Assembly (NCBI RefSeq): GCF_035594765.1
Contig: NC_085842.1
Coordinates: 304,281,749-304,345,748, forward strand
Direction: 5' to 3'
Source: Anolis carolinensis
Taxonomy: Eukaryota
Length of the DNA: 64,000 nt
The position numbers were made by a program, and so were the translations under genes. Below the pieces are notes generated by a model. It saw only the letters and a list, made by a program, of their open reading frames with translations. It did not search any database and had not been told where the DNA came from. Positions 1 through 20,130 of this stretch are shown here, piece by piece; position 1 is the stretch's first letter, and every line of letters starts with the position of its first letter.

Positions 1-2
1 AC

Positions 3-8396
<8,394 letters not shown>

Positions 8397-8700
8397 GCTA
8401 CGAGCCCGCGGGACTCAAGGCCAAACGGAGCCTCATCGGGGGACACACGCGTGCCCAGGGCAAGCAGCCGGCGGGGAGAGAAAGACAGCTGACCGGAAAG
8501 GGCGGACCAATAGGAGGGCCAGGAGCGGAAAGGGCGGACCAATAGGATATCCAAGAGTGAGTGGGCGGGGCCAACGCCACCGCCGGCCTTTGGGGGAGAG
8601 AAGTGACAAACAGGAAGGGAGGCGCGTGGGCGGGGCTTTCGTCTCCCTGGGAGAAGCTGAGCGTTCTAAAGGGGCGGGGCCAACTTGGGCCCTCCTTCCA
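8397..8700 (-). promoter_or_regulatory. DNAJC21 CpG-island promoter/5'UTR with GC boxes and two CCAAT boxes
   Basis: CpG-rich stretch about 8230-8680 with several GGGCGG. CGGAAAGGGCGGACCAATAGGA is exactly duplicated at 8494-8515 and 8526-8547. Confidence 0.8.
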
Positions 8701-8889
8701 GGTGTTTTGGACTTCAACTCCCACAATTCCTAGCAACCTAAGGGGGTCCAAGTTTGAATTGCATTCCCCAGCATACTTCTGCAATGAAATGGAGAAAGTT
8801 ACTGGATCATTTCCAGGGGTCAGAGAGTGGAAAAGAAGGGAATGACTCAAAACCAAGAAAAAATAATTTAGGACCTCATCACACTAGAG

Positions 8890-9227
8890 CAGTGATGGCC
8901 AACCTATGACATGCGTGTCAGCACTGACACGCCTAGCCATTTTTGCTGACACCCTGCTGCATGCAGATTTTAATCATATGTTTTATATTTTTATATTGTT
9001 TTAATTGGATTTTCATTGCTGTTTTAATTATGTGTAGGCATCGAATTGTTGCCAATTTTGTACGCCGCCCTGAGTCCCTTCAGGTGAGAAAGGCGGGATA
9101 TAAATGTTGGAAATAAATAAATATGTCTTTTGTGGCCAAATTTGGTGTGATTTGGTCCAGTGGTTTTGTTGTTTACTCCATGGGAATCATGCACATTACA
9201 TTTTTATATATATATATATATATACAT

Positions 9228-9284
<57 letters not shown>

Positions 9285-9952
9285 CTCACTTATCCAAGCT
9301 AAATGGGCCGACAGAAGCTTGGATAAGCGAATATCTTGGATAATAAGGAGGGATTAAGGAAAAGCCTATTAAACATCAAATTAGGTTATGATTTTACAAA
9401 TTAAGCACCAAAACATCATGTTATACAACAAATTTGACAGAAAAAGTAGTTCAATACGCAGTAATGCTATGTAGTAATTACTGTATTTACGAATTTAGCA
9501 CCAAAATATCACATGGCATTGAAAACATTGACTACAAAAATGTATTGGATAATCCAGAACGTTGGATAAGCGAGTGTTGGATAAGTGAGACTCTACTGTA
9601 TATATTATATCATTCAATTGTTATTCTATTATTATTGTAGTATATTATCATTTTATTACCATTATATTCTTATTATATTATTCATTATTCATGACTACAT
9701 TGAAACTAGAATTGAGAGAAATCAGCATGGAAACTGCAAGAGGTACCATAGATTGTTGTACATGTAAATAATGGTAGTAAATAGTTTTTGATTTATTAAA
9801 TACAGTTATATATTACAATTATACATTTTTGTTATTTAAACTATACATATACGAAATTATGGTTTTTTTTCTCAAAGTGACACACCACCCAAGTCATGCT
9901 AGGTTTTTTGGTGAATTTTGACACACCAAGCGCAAAAGCTTGTCCATCATTG
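8890..9952. mobile_element. Non-autonomous hAT element carrying nested insertions
   Basis: TIRs CAGTGATGGCCAACCT and AGCTTGTCCATCATTG. Left 8-bp TSD CACTAGAG; the right TSD is split by a SINE (CACTA[SINE]TAGAG). Confidence 0.7.
9279..9598. mobile_element. Tc1/mariner (Tigger-like) MITE, sister copy of 44291-44606
   Basis: AGAGTCTCACTTATCCAAG ... TTGGATAAGTGAGACTCTACTG then TA. The left end abuts a (TA)(TACA)(CA) microsatellite at 9204-9280. Confidence 0.85.
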
Positions 9953-9957
9953 CACTA

Positions 9958-10189
9958 TTTCTTATTTATTTATTTACAGTATTTATATTCCGCCCTTCTC
10001 ACCCCGAAGGGGACTCAGGGCGGATCACATTACACATATAAGGCAAACATTCAATGCCTTAACATAGAACAAAGACAAGACAAACACGGGGCTCCGAGCT
10101 GGCCTTGAACTCATGACCTCCTGGTCAGAGTGATTCCTTGCAGCAGGCTGCAGCTGGTTGCTCAACAGCCTGCACCACAGCCCGGCCCC
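9958..10189 (-). mobile_element. tRNA-head SINE with an L2-type 3' tail
   Basis: Minus strand starts GGGGCCGGGCTGTGGTGCAG, has a B-box-like GAGTTCAAGGCC, and ends CCGCCCTGAGTCCCCTTCGGGGTGAGAAGGGCGG...(TAAA)n, the same tail as the fragments at 7290-7365 and 9061-9120. Confidence 0.75.
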
Positions 10190-10705
10190 TAGAGCTTGGA
10201 TCCACTTTAAATCCACTTTTAGGCTTTAAATAGCTCAGCCAAAGGAAATTGGTCAAAGGAAATTTAGAAGAATGCCAAGTTTTTACAAGATAAATAAATT
10301 TGCTTCTGACACAATAAATAAATCAGCAGAGGATACAGGGCATGTGACCGACTCCATGGCACAGCATTAAGACTCTTAGTAGGCTGGGATCCAAGAGGTC
10401 AAGAAAGCATAGGAAGAACTTTTACCTACTTCACTGCTTGCTGCATTTCTCCAAGGCATGTAATGAATGAAGATGTAAATCTTCTACTATTTCCAGTATA
10501 TAAATGCTTCGGAACAAAACAAATGAAGAGTTTGTTTCTGTCACAGCTGGAAGCTGTTGATCTCTTTCCAATAATTAATGCTCTGCTGTTACATGGTACT
10601 TCCAGAGCTCAGATCAGTGAGCTGTTTAACTGAAAAGATACTTCCACGGGATCATCTTCAAAGCTGTGCTTCATATTTTTGTTGCTGAAGTTAACATCTA
10701 TACAC

Positions 10706-10706
<1 letters not shown>

Positions 10707-10759
<53 letters not shown>

Positions 10760-10760
10760 C
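10707..10760. repeat. (CTAT)n microsatellite
   Basis: About 13 tandem CTAT units, read directly. Confidence 0.95.
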
Positions 10761-10793
10761 ACGTATCTCTATCTCTATATATAATTATCTATA

Positions 10794-12683
10794 TCTATAC
10801 ACATAATAAAAGTGAAAATCAGTGTGTATGTGGCAGAGGTGTCTATTTACACAGACAGCCATAGTTCCAAGTACTGTGAGACATTCCCTCAACTGACATT
10901 GCACGTTATAGTGAGCACCATGAACATGTCGCCCAAACCCTGCCAATGTCCTCAACAAACACCACGGCCCACTATCCAAGGATTTGGGGACCATTTCCTA
11001 GATTTTATGTGTTTCCTTCACTGCAGGCAGGCAGGCACCCCAGGGTTCCTCTCTCAGTTGGTGTGAAATTTGCATGACCCTACCCACTGCCTCTCCCTTA
11101 ACCCTTTCCTATTCTTTTCAACTCTGTCTGCATAACAAACAGAGCAGAACTGAGCAGCAACTAAACATACTGAAAAGAGTTTGGGGGGTTGATTCCACAT
11201 GATGGAAGTTGTAGTTCAGCTTGTGTCAAGTCAGAGCACTGTGACACCCACTGACAATGGACCTGAACCACATTTGTTACATGACCAACAGAACATACTG
11301 GATGGATTTGGGGGGGGGGGGATTATCCTTAATTTATAGCTGTTATAAGTACTAGAATGTATCGTTTCCCTGCAGTCAAAAAGCACTCTGGACCCCACCA
11401 ATGATGGACCTGGAACTAACTTGGCACACAGAACCCTTAAGACCAACAAAAATAGTTGTAGTTCACCTACATCCAAAGCGCACTATGAACCCAAATGATG
11501 GATCTGGACCTAACTTTGAAAGCATACCCGATATGTCCAAATTTGAATACTGGTGAGTTTTGAGGGGAATTGGCCTAGACATTTTGGAATTGTGATACTG
11601 GGATGTATAGTTCACCTGCAATCAAAGAACACTCTAGACAACACCAATGATGGCCTGGACCTAACTTAGCACACAGAATCCACAAAAAATGCAGGAAGCC
11701 TTAGGAGAAAATTCACTTTGATTTATAAGAATTATAGTCCACCTACATCCAGAGAGCACTATGAACACAAACAATGAATCTGCACCAAATTTGGCATGCA
11801 TACCCAATATGTCCAAATTTGAATACTGGTGGATTTGGGGTGGAATTGACCTTGACATTTGTTAAGTTTTAAATCTTGGGATGTATAGTTCACCTGCAAT
11901 CAAAGAGTACTCCGAATCCCACCGATGATGGACCGGGACCAAACTTGTCACAGAGAACCCCCGTGGCCAACTGAACATAAAGGAGATGTTTGGGGGAAAG
12001 GGAGTTATAGTTTACGTGCATAAAGAGAAATTGTGACCCCCCCACTGACAACGGACCTGGACCAAACTTGGCAGACACCCCATGACCAACTGAACATACT
12101 GCAGGGGTTTGTGGGAGTTGGCCTTCATTTTGGTAGCTGTAGTTCACCTGCATCCAGAGAGCACTGAACCAGCGAAAAATACTGAAGGTCTTTAGGGGAA
12201 ATTCATCTTGATTTGGGAGAGTTGTAGTTCATCTACATCCAGAGAGCACTTTGAACCCAAACACTGATAGATTTGAACCCAATTTGGCGCTCATACTTGA
12301 AATGCTGAAATCTGATTACTGGAAGGATTTGGGGGGGGGGGGGGGGTACTTTCTGGGAGTTTTAGTTCACCTACAACCAGGGTAACTGTGAATAGGAACT
12401 AACTTGGCACACAGAACCCCCATGACTAACTCAACCTACTGGAGGGGTTTGAGGGAACCGACTCACCATAGTGGGAGTTGTAGTTTGCCCTACGGCCAGA
12501 GAGCAAAATGAGCCCCATCCATGATGCATTTACAGCAAACTTGCCGAACATAACAAACCTTAAGTACTGATGGAGTTTAACCTGGCATAATGTCAGTTGT
12601 AGTTCACCCACACCTTATGCATTTCATACAATTAAAACATTGACTTTTTCAAATAACCCAGGTAACGTCGGTACCCAAGCTAG
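10794..12683 (+). mobile_element. Non-autonomous Helitron (about 1.9 kb) with an internal tandem array
   Basis: 5' A|TCTATACACATAATAAAAG; 3' degenerate hairpin ACCCAGGTAACGTCGGT followed by CTAG|T (12680-12684). No TSD or TIR. Internal diverged repeats of about 120-140 bp at 11200-12610. The exact 5' TC could instead be 10788. Confidence 0.75.
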
Positions 12684-12685
12684 TA

Positions 12686-12691
12686 TTTAAT
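12686..12691 (-). terminator. Candidate BRIX1 polyadenylation signal ATTAAA
   Basis: The only AATAAA/ATTAAA hexamer on the minus strand between the BRIX1 stop (12851) and the Helitron end (12683). Confidence 0.5.
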
Positions 12692-12850
12692 AAAAGGCAC
12701 AACCAGAAACGTTGTTTGACAAAATTTTACGAAACCAGTCCTCAGCTGTTAAACTTTAAAATTATACACAAATTACAAAAAAGTATTAATAAAATGATTA
12801 AATGTCCACATTATAAAGTCCCAATTAATCATTTCTCTACACTTTCTGGC

Positions 12851-15800
12851 CTATTCTCCAATCCCACCAAGCTTCTTCTTCAACTTCCTTGCTCGCTGGT
12901 GAGGTTTCTTCTTCTTTTTCAAGTTAATCTTTGGCTCTGGTTTCACAAGTTCTATTGTTACGGGTTTTTCTTCAGCTGGGACATCAAAAACCTGTTCCGT
13001 TGGATCTTGAGGGATAAGAACCTTCTCTTCCTTTTTAGTTAGTTTCTGCAAGTCTTTCATTTGTTGCTTCTCTTTGAATTTTGCTGCTGTGGCCAATCTT
13101 ATTGCCCGTCGATGCTGAAACCGGAGAATAAACTTAGTTAATAAATCAGTTATGGCATATCCACCCAACTTCTAATTTCCAATTTAAAAGTCAAACTCAA
13201 ACTACATTTAGCTGAACTATACATAATGACTTGTGTCAGCTCTTTGGGGAAAAAATCTCAGACTTGAAAGTGACAACAATTGAAACTGAGTTCTCCAATG
13301 CACAACGTACTAAACTATAAAGCTGCATTAATTCGACTGACAACATGCTTTAGTGGTAGTTTTGCAAATTATGTTGTCTAGAAACAAGTTACACAACACA
13401 AAAATGACTGTATAATACACTTGTTATGTAAGGCTACAGGACATTTCCTCCACCCTTGAACTAAAGCATTGTATTCAAATACCCACAAGCATTAGCCAGA
13501 GTAGATTGTAAGTGGGTGTTCAGAGATCTTACCATATTTGGAGACTGGTAATGAGGATTTTCATACAGAGTTGGTCCTCCAAAGCTGCCCTGGAAGATCT
13601 TAATAAGATTTAATACAAAACGAGGCCCAATTTCTACAAGGGCTGTGTCTTCTTCTACTATCTGCAAAAGAGTGGGAAGAATTTACATATTTCAAAGCAA
13701 ACCACCTACCACACTGATGGGAGCATGAACAATTTTATATTAAATACTCCAGATGTAATGTTAACTATCTGGACACATTCAAATTACATGCTTTATATTT
13801 TATACACAAGTGCACACCGTCTAAATTGCCTTTCTTAGCATACATGATATTGATGCCAGACTGTCTTTGGTTCCATTCAATGGCTGCTTAAATCTTTTGT
13901 AACTTCAGCAGTTCTAATTGGTCCAAAAAATCCAGGCTGAACTGGGATAAGGGGAGCTTGAATGTGAATTGTACTGGTAGAAAGTCTTCCATTACACACC
14001 AGACCAGTATAACAACCAGGCTTCTTCCTTAAGCTTATCTGGGCATCTCTTTAATGCAGATATATAATTTTTTCTTAAGGATAAGGTGAAAACTTTACAG
14101 GGGCATGTAGATAGTTTACATTCAAAGGTCAGTCTGTTCCAAACAAAAGCACTTCAAGATAATATTTCAGTTTCAAATACTGTTAGAGGTGTTTCTAAGG
14201 AGGTACCATTCACATCACACAAAGAAAGTAACTAACCTGGTAATTCCGAAACCAAATCCTATTATCTGTTACAGAAAATGTGAAAACATGATCCACAAAT
14301 GGCTGGCTTTTGGGATGATACTGCGGAGTACTAAAAATCTGAAATAGAGAACGTAACCTTTTTTGAGAAATCAAGATGCCCAGAAAGGCAACACATAGCC
14401 CACATATTCCCATGGTTTATGGCTGAGGCATTATTTGTGGAGTGAAACTTCAATGTAACTAAGTATAGCTATTTTGGATCCTGCCATGGTATGACTTCAC
14501 CCTGACATATTTGTATTACAAAGCAATGTCATAGTAATAATGCAGTGCATATCAGCATTACAGCAATAGACACAGAGAGAAATTGGCAGAGTCAACTAGA
14601 TTCCTTTCAAGTCCCCAACTTCTATTTTCTGATTGTTGTGGCCAGTTAACGAGCATGTTTTGCCAAAATATATCAATGTTTAGCAAAACACAATGAGCAA
14701 TTTTGTGGAACCTTAAAGACCAACACTTTTTATTCAACATAGCATTTAATTATGTCCATAAAAACTCACACCAAAGAAATCAGTTAGTATTTACATTTAA
14801 CATACAGTTCGTCTTAAAACAAAAACATGAGATCTGGTTTGGCCTGAGTTTAACAACTGACCTAAGTTTATCCAGTATACAGAGAAGTAGCTTCATGCAT
14901 ACCACACCTATTCCATTTTTTCTGCATTTTTCTGCATAAAGGGTACAGGACAAGATGTATTCCTTTAGCCCTCCGGGTATTTTGAGCTATAAGTTCTTAC
15001 CACTGGATAAAACAGTTGAGACAAATGGGATTGAAACCCAAAACATTTGGAAGAACAATGTTCTCTCCATGCCCCGCTTCCTGGCTATTTAAAATACACA
15101 AAACACTAAAGCTACGTTCTGATCAGAACAGCACTGCAAGGAGGCACATACTGAATCAAGTCCACTCCTAACTCCCGCTCTTGGAACAGAAATGCATTTC
15201 TGTTCTCACTTCAACACTATTATTTACATGAATAGTGGTTGAAATGGGAGAAAAACATATTAGCCTTCTCCACATAAATACTTGAAAAAAAATCTGAGGA
15301 CCCTACTCTCTGCCATTACCATACCACTGTACACTGAGATCATGCTGTTTTCTGAGCAATACAGCAAACAAAAACACTCATGTAACAGGAAAAAAATTAA
15401 TCTGAAAACTGCTGAACACTGACCTGAATAAACAGCTCTTTCAGCAAAGCGTAATGTGGCTGCCGATCAAAAGTCTGTAAGAAAACGTATTTTAAATGCA
15501 AGTGAAAAGCAACAGTATAGCTGACTGTAAGGGAATGGAAGATACTTGCAGATCTATACTTACGGGGTCAAAAGACAGAATTGGCCGGGATCCTCGCAAA
15601 CAATTCCCAGTCATCTTCAGCTCAGCCAGTGTGTGAACTGCAACGATAGTAAGCAGAATAAAGAATAATCAATTGGAACAGTGGTATAGCTGGTTTGTAT
15701 GGAAACATCTGGAACATGTTAAGCATATTTACAAAATGTGTATTTTTAAAATATTTAGGACTAAATTAGGTTAACAACTGAGAGCAATACAATATGTTTG

Positions 15801-18800
15801 ATCAGGTATCTGAACTTACTGTTCTGTACTAAAAATTTGGCTGATGGTCCATGGGGTGCATTTGAAAGCCTGAAACAGATGATAAACATCATTAGAGGGG
15901 GAAGTCTAATTGTCATACTCAGTTTGGTTCATAGCGCAGCCATCTAGCCATATAGAAAACCAATTGCATCTTACCAAAGTTATTGAGATGTCACATAATA
16001 GAAATGAATATATATCTGCCAAAAGTGACTTTAAAAGAGTTGTAAAGGCCTGGATTAACACTTAATATCCTCAAGTGGACACATTAACTCCCTTTCTATC
16101 CTGTGCAATTTTACTGAATCTTTAAAATTACATGACAGGAGACAGACCTTACAGGAACTCTTCTCCACTAACAAATAAAATAAACCATATAGAAACAAGC
16201 ATGTTTGTTTCTTGAAGCTTCAGAAAAGTTGCCCTCTCGCCTCCTCACCCTTCCTAGAATGGCAGAAATGTGAAATATCTTCAGAAACCAATCCTCATTT
16301 AAAGAATGGTCAAAAGTCTAATTCTTGTTCAACAAAGTAAACCAGGTTTTAAAGGCCTTTTTAAAGCCAATCCACCTTGCTTCCTAGCTATGTTTTAAAG
16401 AGAGATCAGAGGTCCTTCTCTCTCAAAAGGGAGAAAGGCCAATCTCTTCTAAAAGAACTTTCCTTTATTGTCCTTAACACAGCTGGCTATGTAAGGCATG
16501 GGTGGTCAAAATGTGGTGTAGCCAATGTGAGTGACACATGGTGCCCATCTGCTTAAACCAGGATATACAGTAGTGAGGAATGACAGGAACTACAGTCCAA
16601 CCTCTGATGGATACATTTTCTTCCTACCCCTAATCTCAAACTGGAAGGGAAAAGCATGATCCAGAATACTTAGAACCTGGAATGTTCTAGCTGAAATCCT
16701 TCATTTCCTCATCTGAAGGAAGAAAAACAGCCTCCTCCATACAGCCCTATCTGGTAGACAAATATTACCATCATGAGGTAAAGATCTACCAATGTGCTAT
16801 GCAAAATAGTGTGTACTAAAGTATTCCATGAACTGGGGAATGAGAGTAGAATTGGGAATAGAACACAGGTGACCTAGAGTGTGCAAAGTTGTCACAAGTG
16901 TAAATAGAGTTGTTTGTATTTTAATTTATACCATGGAAAATAATATAATTGAAGTCAGGCTAAGCGGAAGGTGTGCTTGACCTTCCAATTAAGAAAGAGA
17001 ATCCGTTTATTCAGCTTAATCCAGTTTAAAGCAGATAATTTGGGATCGGATCCTAGGATATAATGCAGGGTAGAAGGGGCCTCCGAAATGTCTGTAAGTC
17101 ATAAATTAGAAGACACTGAAATAAACTTCCCAATTTAATTTTTTTCTCACCATATGTAAAGATCCTGTTTCTTTTTCGCTTCAAAAAATATGCATTTGTT
17201 GCAATTTTTCATTTCACAAACCTGTATGAAGAAGAATAATCAAAATCACTGATTCTGAAATTCTTTAATCAATCCAGAAGCAAACAATGATGATTTTCTG
17301 GTTAGTCTCCAGAGTGCAACGAGAGAGTCAATTGATGAAAATGCAGTTCACATGTGCTATACTAGACAAGTGGTCCCTAGTCATTCATATCTTAAATTCC
17401 ACTAAATTCCTCTGCATCAAATCACCTGGAAGCCATTATGACAGGTCTTTTTTTAAAAAATGTTCCAAGAAGAACACTGACAATAAATGTTAAGAGAAGT
17501 GTTGTTGGACATAAACATATAAACCCCACAAATAACTCCATTAGGAGTAAAAGTTCTAACATCACTGAGCATAAATTTACTACAAAATGAATTGTAGAAC
17601 ACAAAAAAGGTTTTTGAAAATATAGTAGCGTTATTTGGAATAGTTTTATTGCTATGGCTAAAACACCAGTGTCCCATCAGTAATACATTACTCATTACAA
17701 GCAAACTACATAGACAATACAAATGCTTATGTTTGCTATATTTTGTTCACATGTTCATTCTTCTTACATTGATGTGTACTCAGGGAGAAATCATTGCAGG
17801 GTATGGTAGAAAGTTCAGGGTATGGATTGGGACTAGCTGAACTCATATAATCAGTCAGTATATTCAGGGTAGTTCTGAGAAAACAGAACTATCATAACTT
17901 ACCTCATTAATAACAAAGAGCTTGTCTTTTCTGTCCATTTTCGTATCTGCAGAACCAAAGAAAATATGTATTGAACTAACCCAAAAATTATAGTTAAGCA
18001 GCTTTCCAGTTCAACTGCTGGGGTTGCATGTACAGAGCCCTCTCCACAAAGCACTAGTGTTATTTAGCAGATTTGTGAAACAATTACCATTTTAAAAAAT
18101 ATCTTGGCACTTTCAGCTGAATCTAGAAGGACCCACAAATGTGAAATGAACCTCATCCAATAGAATATTCAATGTTACTTTTCATGCCAAAGGTATTTTG
18201 AAAGGTAGATGAAACAGCTCAACTGTGCATGAAATAGAAACAAAAATAGCAAGAAATGGGAACTGTGCACACTGATGGCCCTTCCACACTGCCCCTATAT
18301 CCCAGGATCTGATCCCAGATTATCTGCTTATCCCAGGTTTTCTGACAGTGGAGACTCATATACATATAATACAGTTTAAAACATAATCTGGGACCAGATC
18401 CTGGGATATAAGGGTAGTGTGAAAGAAGCCTGAGAGGAACTGTTTTTGGATACATCAACATCCCATCATACACATGTTTATATATTTTTAAATTGAGAAT
18501 CATTTCTCTAGGAGACACAATTATTTGTCAAATAGCTACTTTTGGAAGGGGGACAAACAGAAGTCTGACATTCAGTCTCTCTCAGTATCTTTCATGTTCC
18601 TTGATTTGCGTTTGGGTACTCTTGTTTGGTTCAAGCACAAATCAAGGAACACGAAAGGCACTGCAGAATAATTCAACCAGACAAGTCAACCATAGCAGAT
18701 CACTTGATGAACCAACCTGAACACTGCATATTATTTGAGAACACAGAAATGCTGGACTACTATAACTACCACTATGTCAGACTACACAGCGAAGCCATTG

Positions 18801-20130
18801 GAATCCACAAGCATGTGGACAATTTCAACAGAAAGGAGGAAACCAGGAAATGAACAAAATCTGGCTACCAGTATTACAAAACTCTAAACTCAGGATAGTA
18901 AATAAAGATCAACACTCAGAAAACAGGGGAATTCCAGACATGAAACAATCAGGGCCAGTTAACACCTCCCAACAATGGAAGAAGCCAGGCTTTGAAGCTG
19001 AAAGGCCATTCAATGCTAATCAAGGTGCCCAACTACTACATTCACACTTGCCTCAAACAGACAAGTTTTTTTCCTCATCCTGGACATTCCACATATATAT
19101 ATACCCTACTTTCCTAGTTTATGTATTTATTTATTTATTTCACTTGTATACTGCTTTTCTCACACCGGATGGAGGGCTCAGAGTGGTTTCCAAATAGACC
19201 TCACAACTTCTGAGGATGCCTGCCAAATATGTGGGTGAAACATCAGGAGAGAACATGGTCATACAGCCTGGAAAACTCACAGCAACCTAGTGATTCTGGC
19301 CATGAAAGCCTTTAACACAGCCTCAGTAATACCCACTCCTTTAGCTGAACTTAACATCAGGATATTATTCTTTTCCTGCAATTTGAATCCATTGCTCTGT
19401 TTCCTACTCACCAGAGCAGCAAAAACAAGCTTGCCCTCTCCCTCAATGTGACATCAATTCAAATATTTAAACATGACACTCATGTCCCTTTCTCCAAGCC
19501 GTTCCTCATAGGGCTTGGTTTCCAGATACTTTGAGCTTACTAGAAGCCAAGTCAAATACAAGAAATATCTGAAATTACCTGCTTTGGAGTGAGGCATCAG
19601 TGTTCGCAAGTCTTTCATTAGGTGCCTTGTCCTAAAATTTATGCCTCTGGAGGAAAAAATGAGCACCCTCTCTTTGTTTTTCCATTTGCCCTGAAAGATA
19701 CAAAGAGGTAGATACCACATGAGGTGCATCTACACTATAGAATTAATGCAGTTTGAACTGCCATGGCTCAATGGTATAGAACAGGCCTGGGCCAACTTGG
19801 GCCCTCTCTCCAGGGGTTTTGGACTTCAACACCCACAATTCCTAACAGCCGGTAGGCTGTTAGGAATTGTGGGAGTTGAAGTCCAAAACCCCTGAAGGGA
19901 GGGCCCAAGTTGGCCCAGGCCTGGTGTAGCTGGAACCACAGCCACGCTTTCAGCCTCACCTGCGAGACCGGGGCCGGGATGTGGTGCTCCTCTGGGCCCG
20001 CCTCTCCTGCAGGAGCCTCCCTATCTTCCTTCTCGGCTTTCGCCTCCGGAGCCCTCTTCGCCCGCTTCCTCTTCGGCCCCGCCGCGTTGCCATGGCCGGC
20101 GCCTCCACGCTGCCTCTTGCCCGCCGCCAT
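12851..20130 (-). CDS. BRIX1: Ribosome biogenesis protein BRX1 homolog, complete, 10 exons, 355 aa
   Basis: Exons (minus): 19960-20130, 19579-19690, 17903-17946, 17151-17221, 15820-15869, 15564-15637, 15424-15474, 14237-14338, 13533-13661, 12851-13114 (1068 nt, all GT-AG). Brix-domain peptides include KWKNKERVLIFSSRGINFRTRHLM, HTLAELKMTGNCLRGSRPILSFD and LVEIGPRFVLNLIKIFQGSFGGPTLYENP. Confidence 0.97.
18590..19318 (+). mobile_element. Penelope-like retroelement 3' fragment with a short 5' inversion
   Basis: ORF 18626-18853 IKEHERHCRIIQPDKSTIADHLMNQPEH...EAIGIHKH (GIY-YIG C-terminus). Inverted segment at 18590-18657; pLTR at about 19195-19318. Confidence 0.85.
19782..19923. mobile_element. 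Palindromic hAT-type MITE in BRIX1 intron 1
   Basis: Same family as 8066-8199, about 36 bp from the exon 1 donor. Confidence 0.85.

Noticed and set aside
11200-12610. Repeat-spacer-like pattern suggestive of a CRISPR array
   Set aside because: Vertebrate DNA, whole units are homologous and diverged, with no unique spacers and no cas genes. It is a Helitron-internal tandem repeat.
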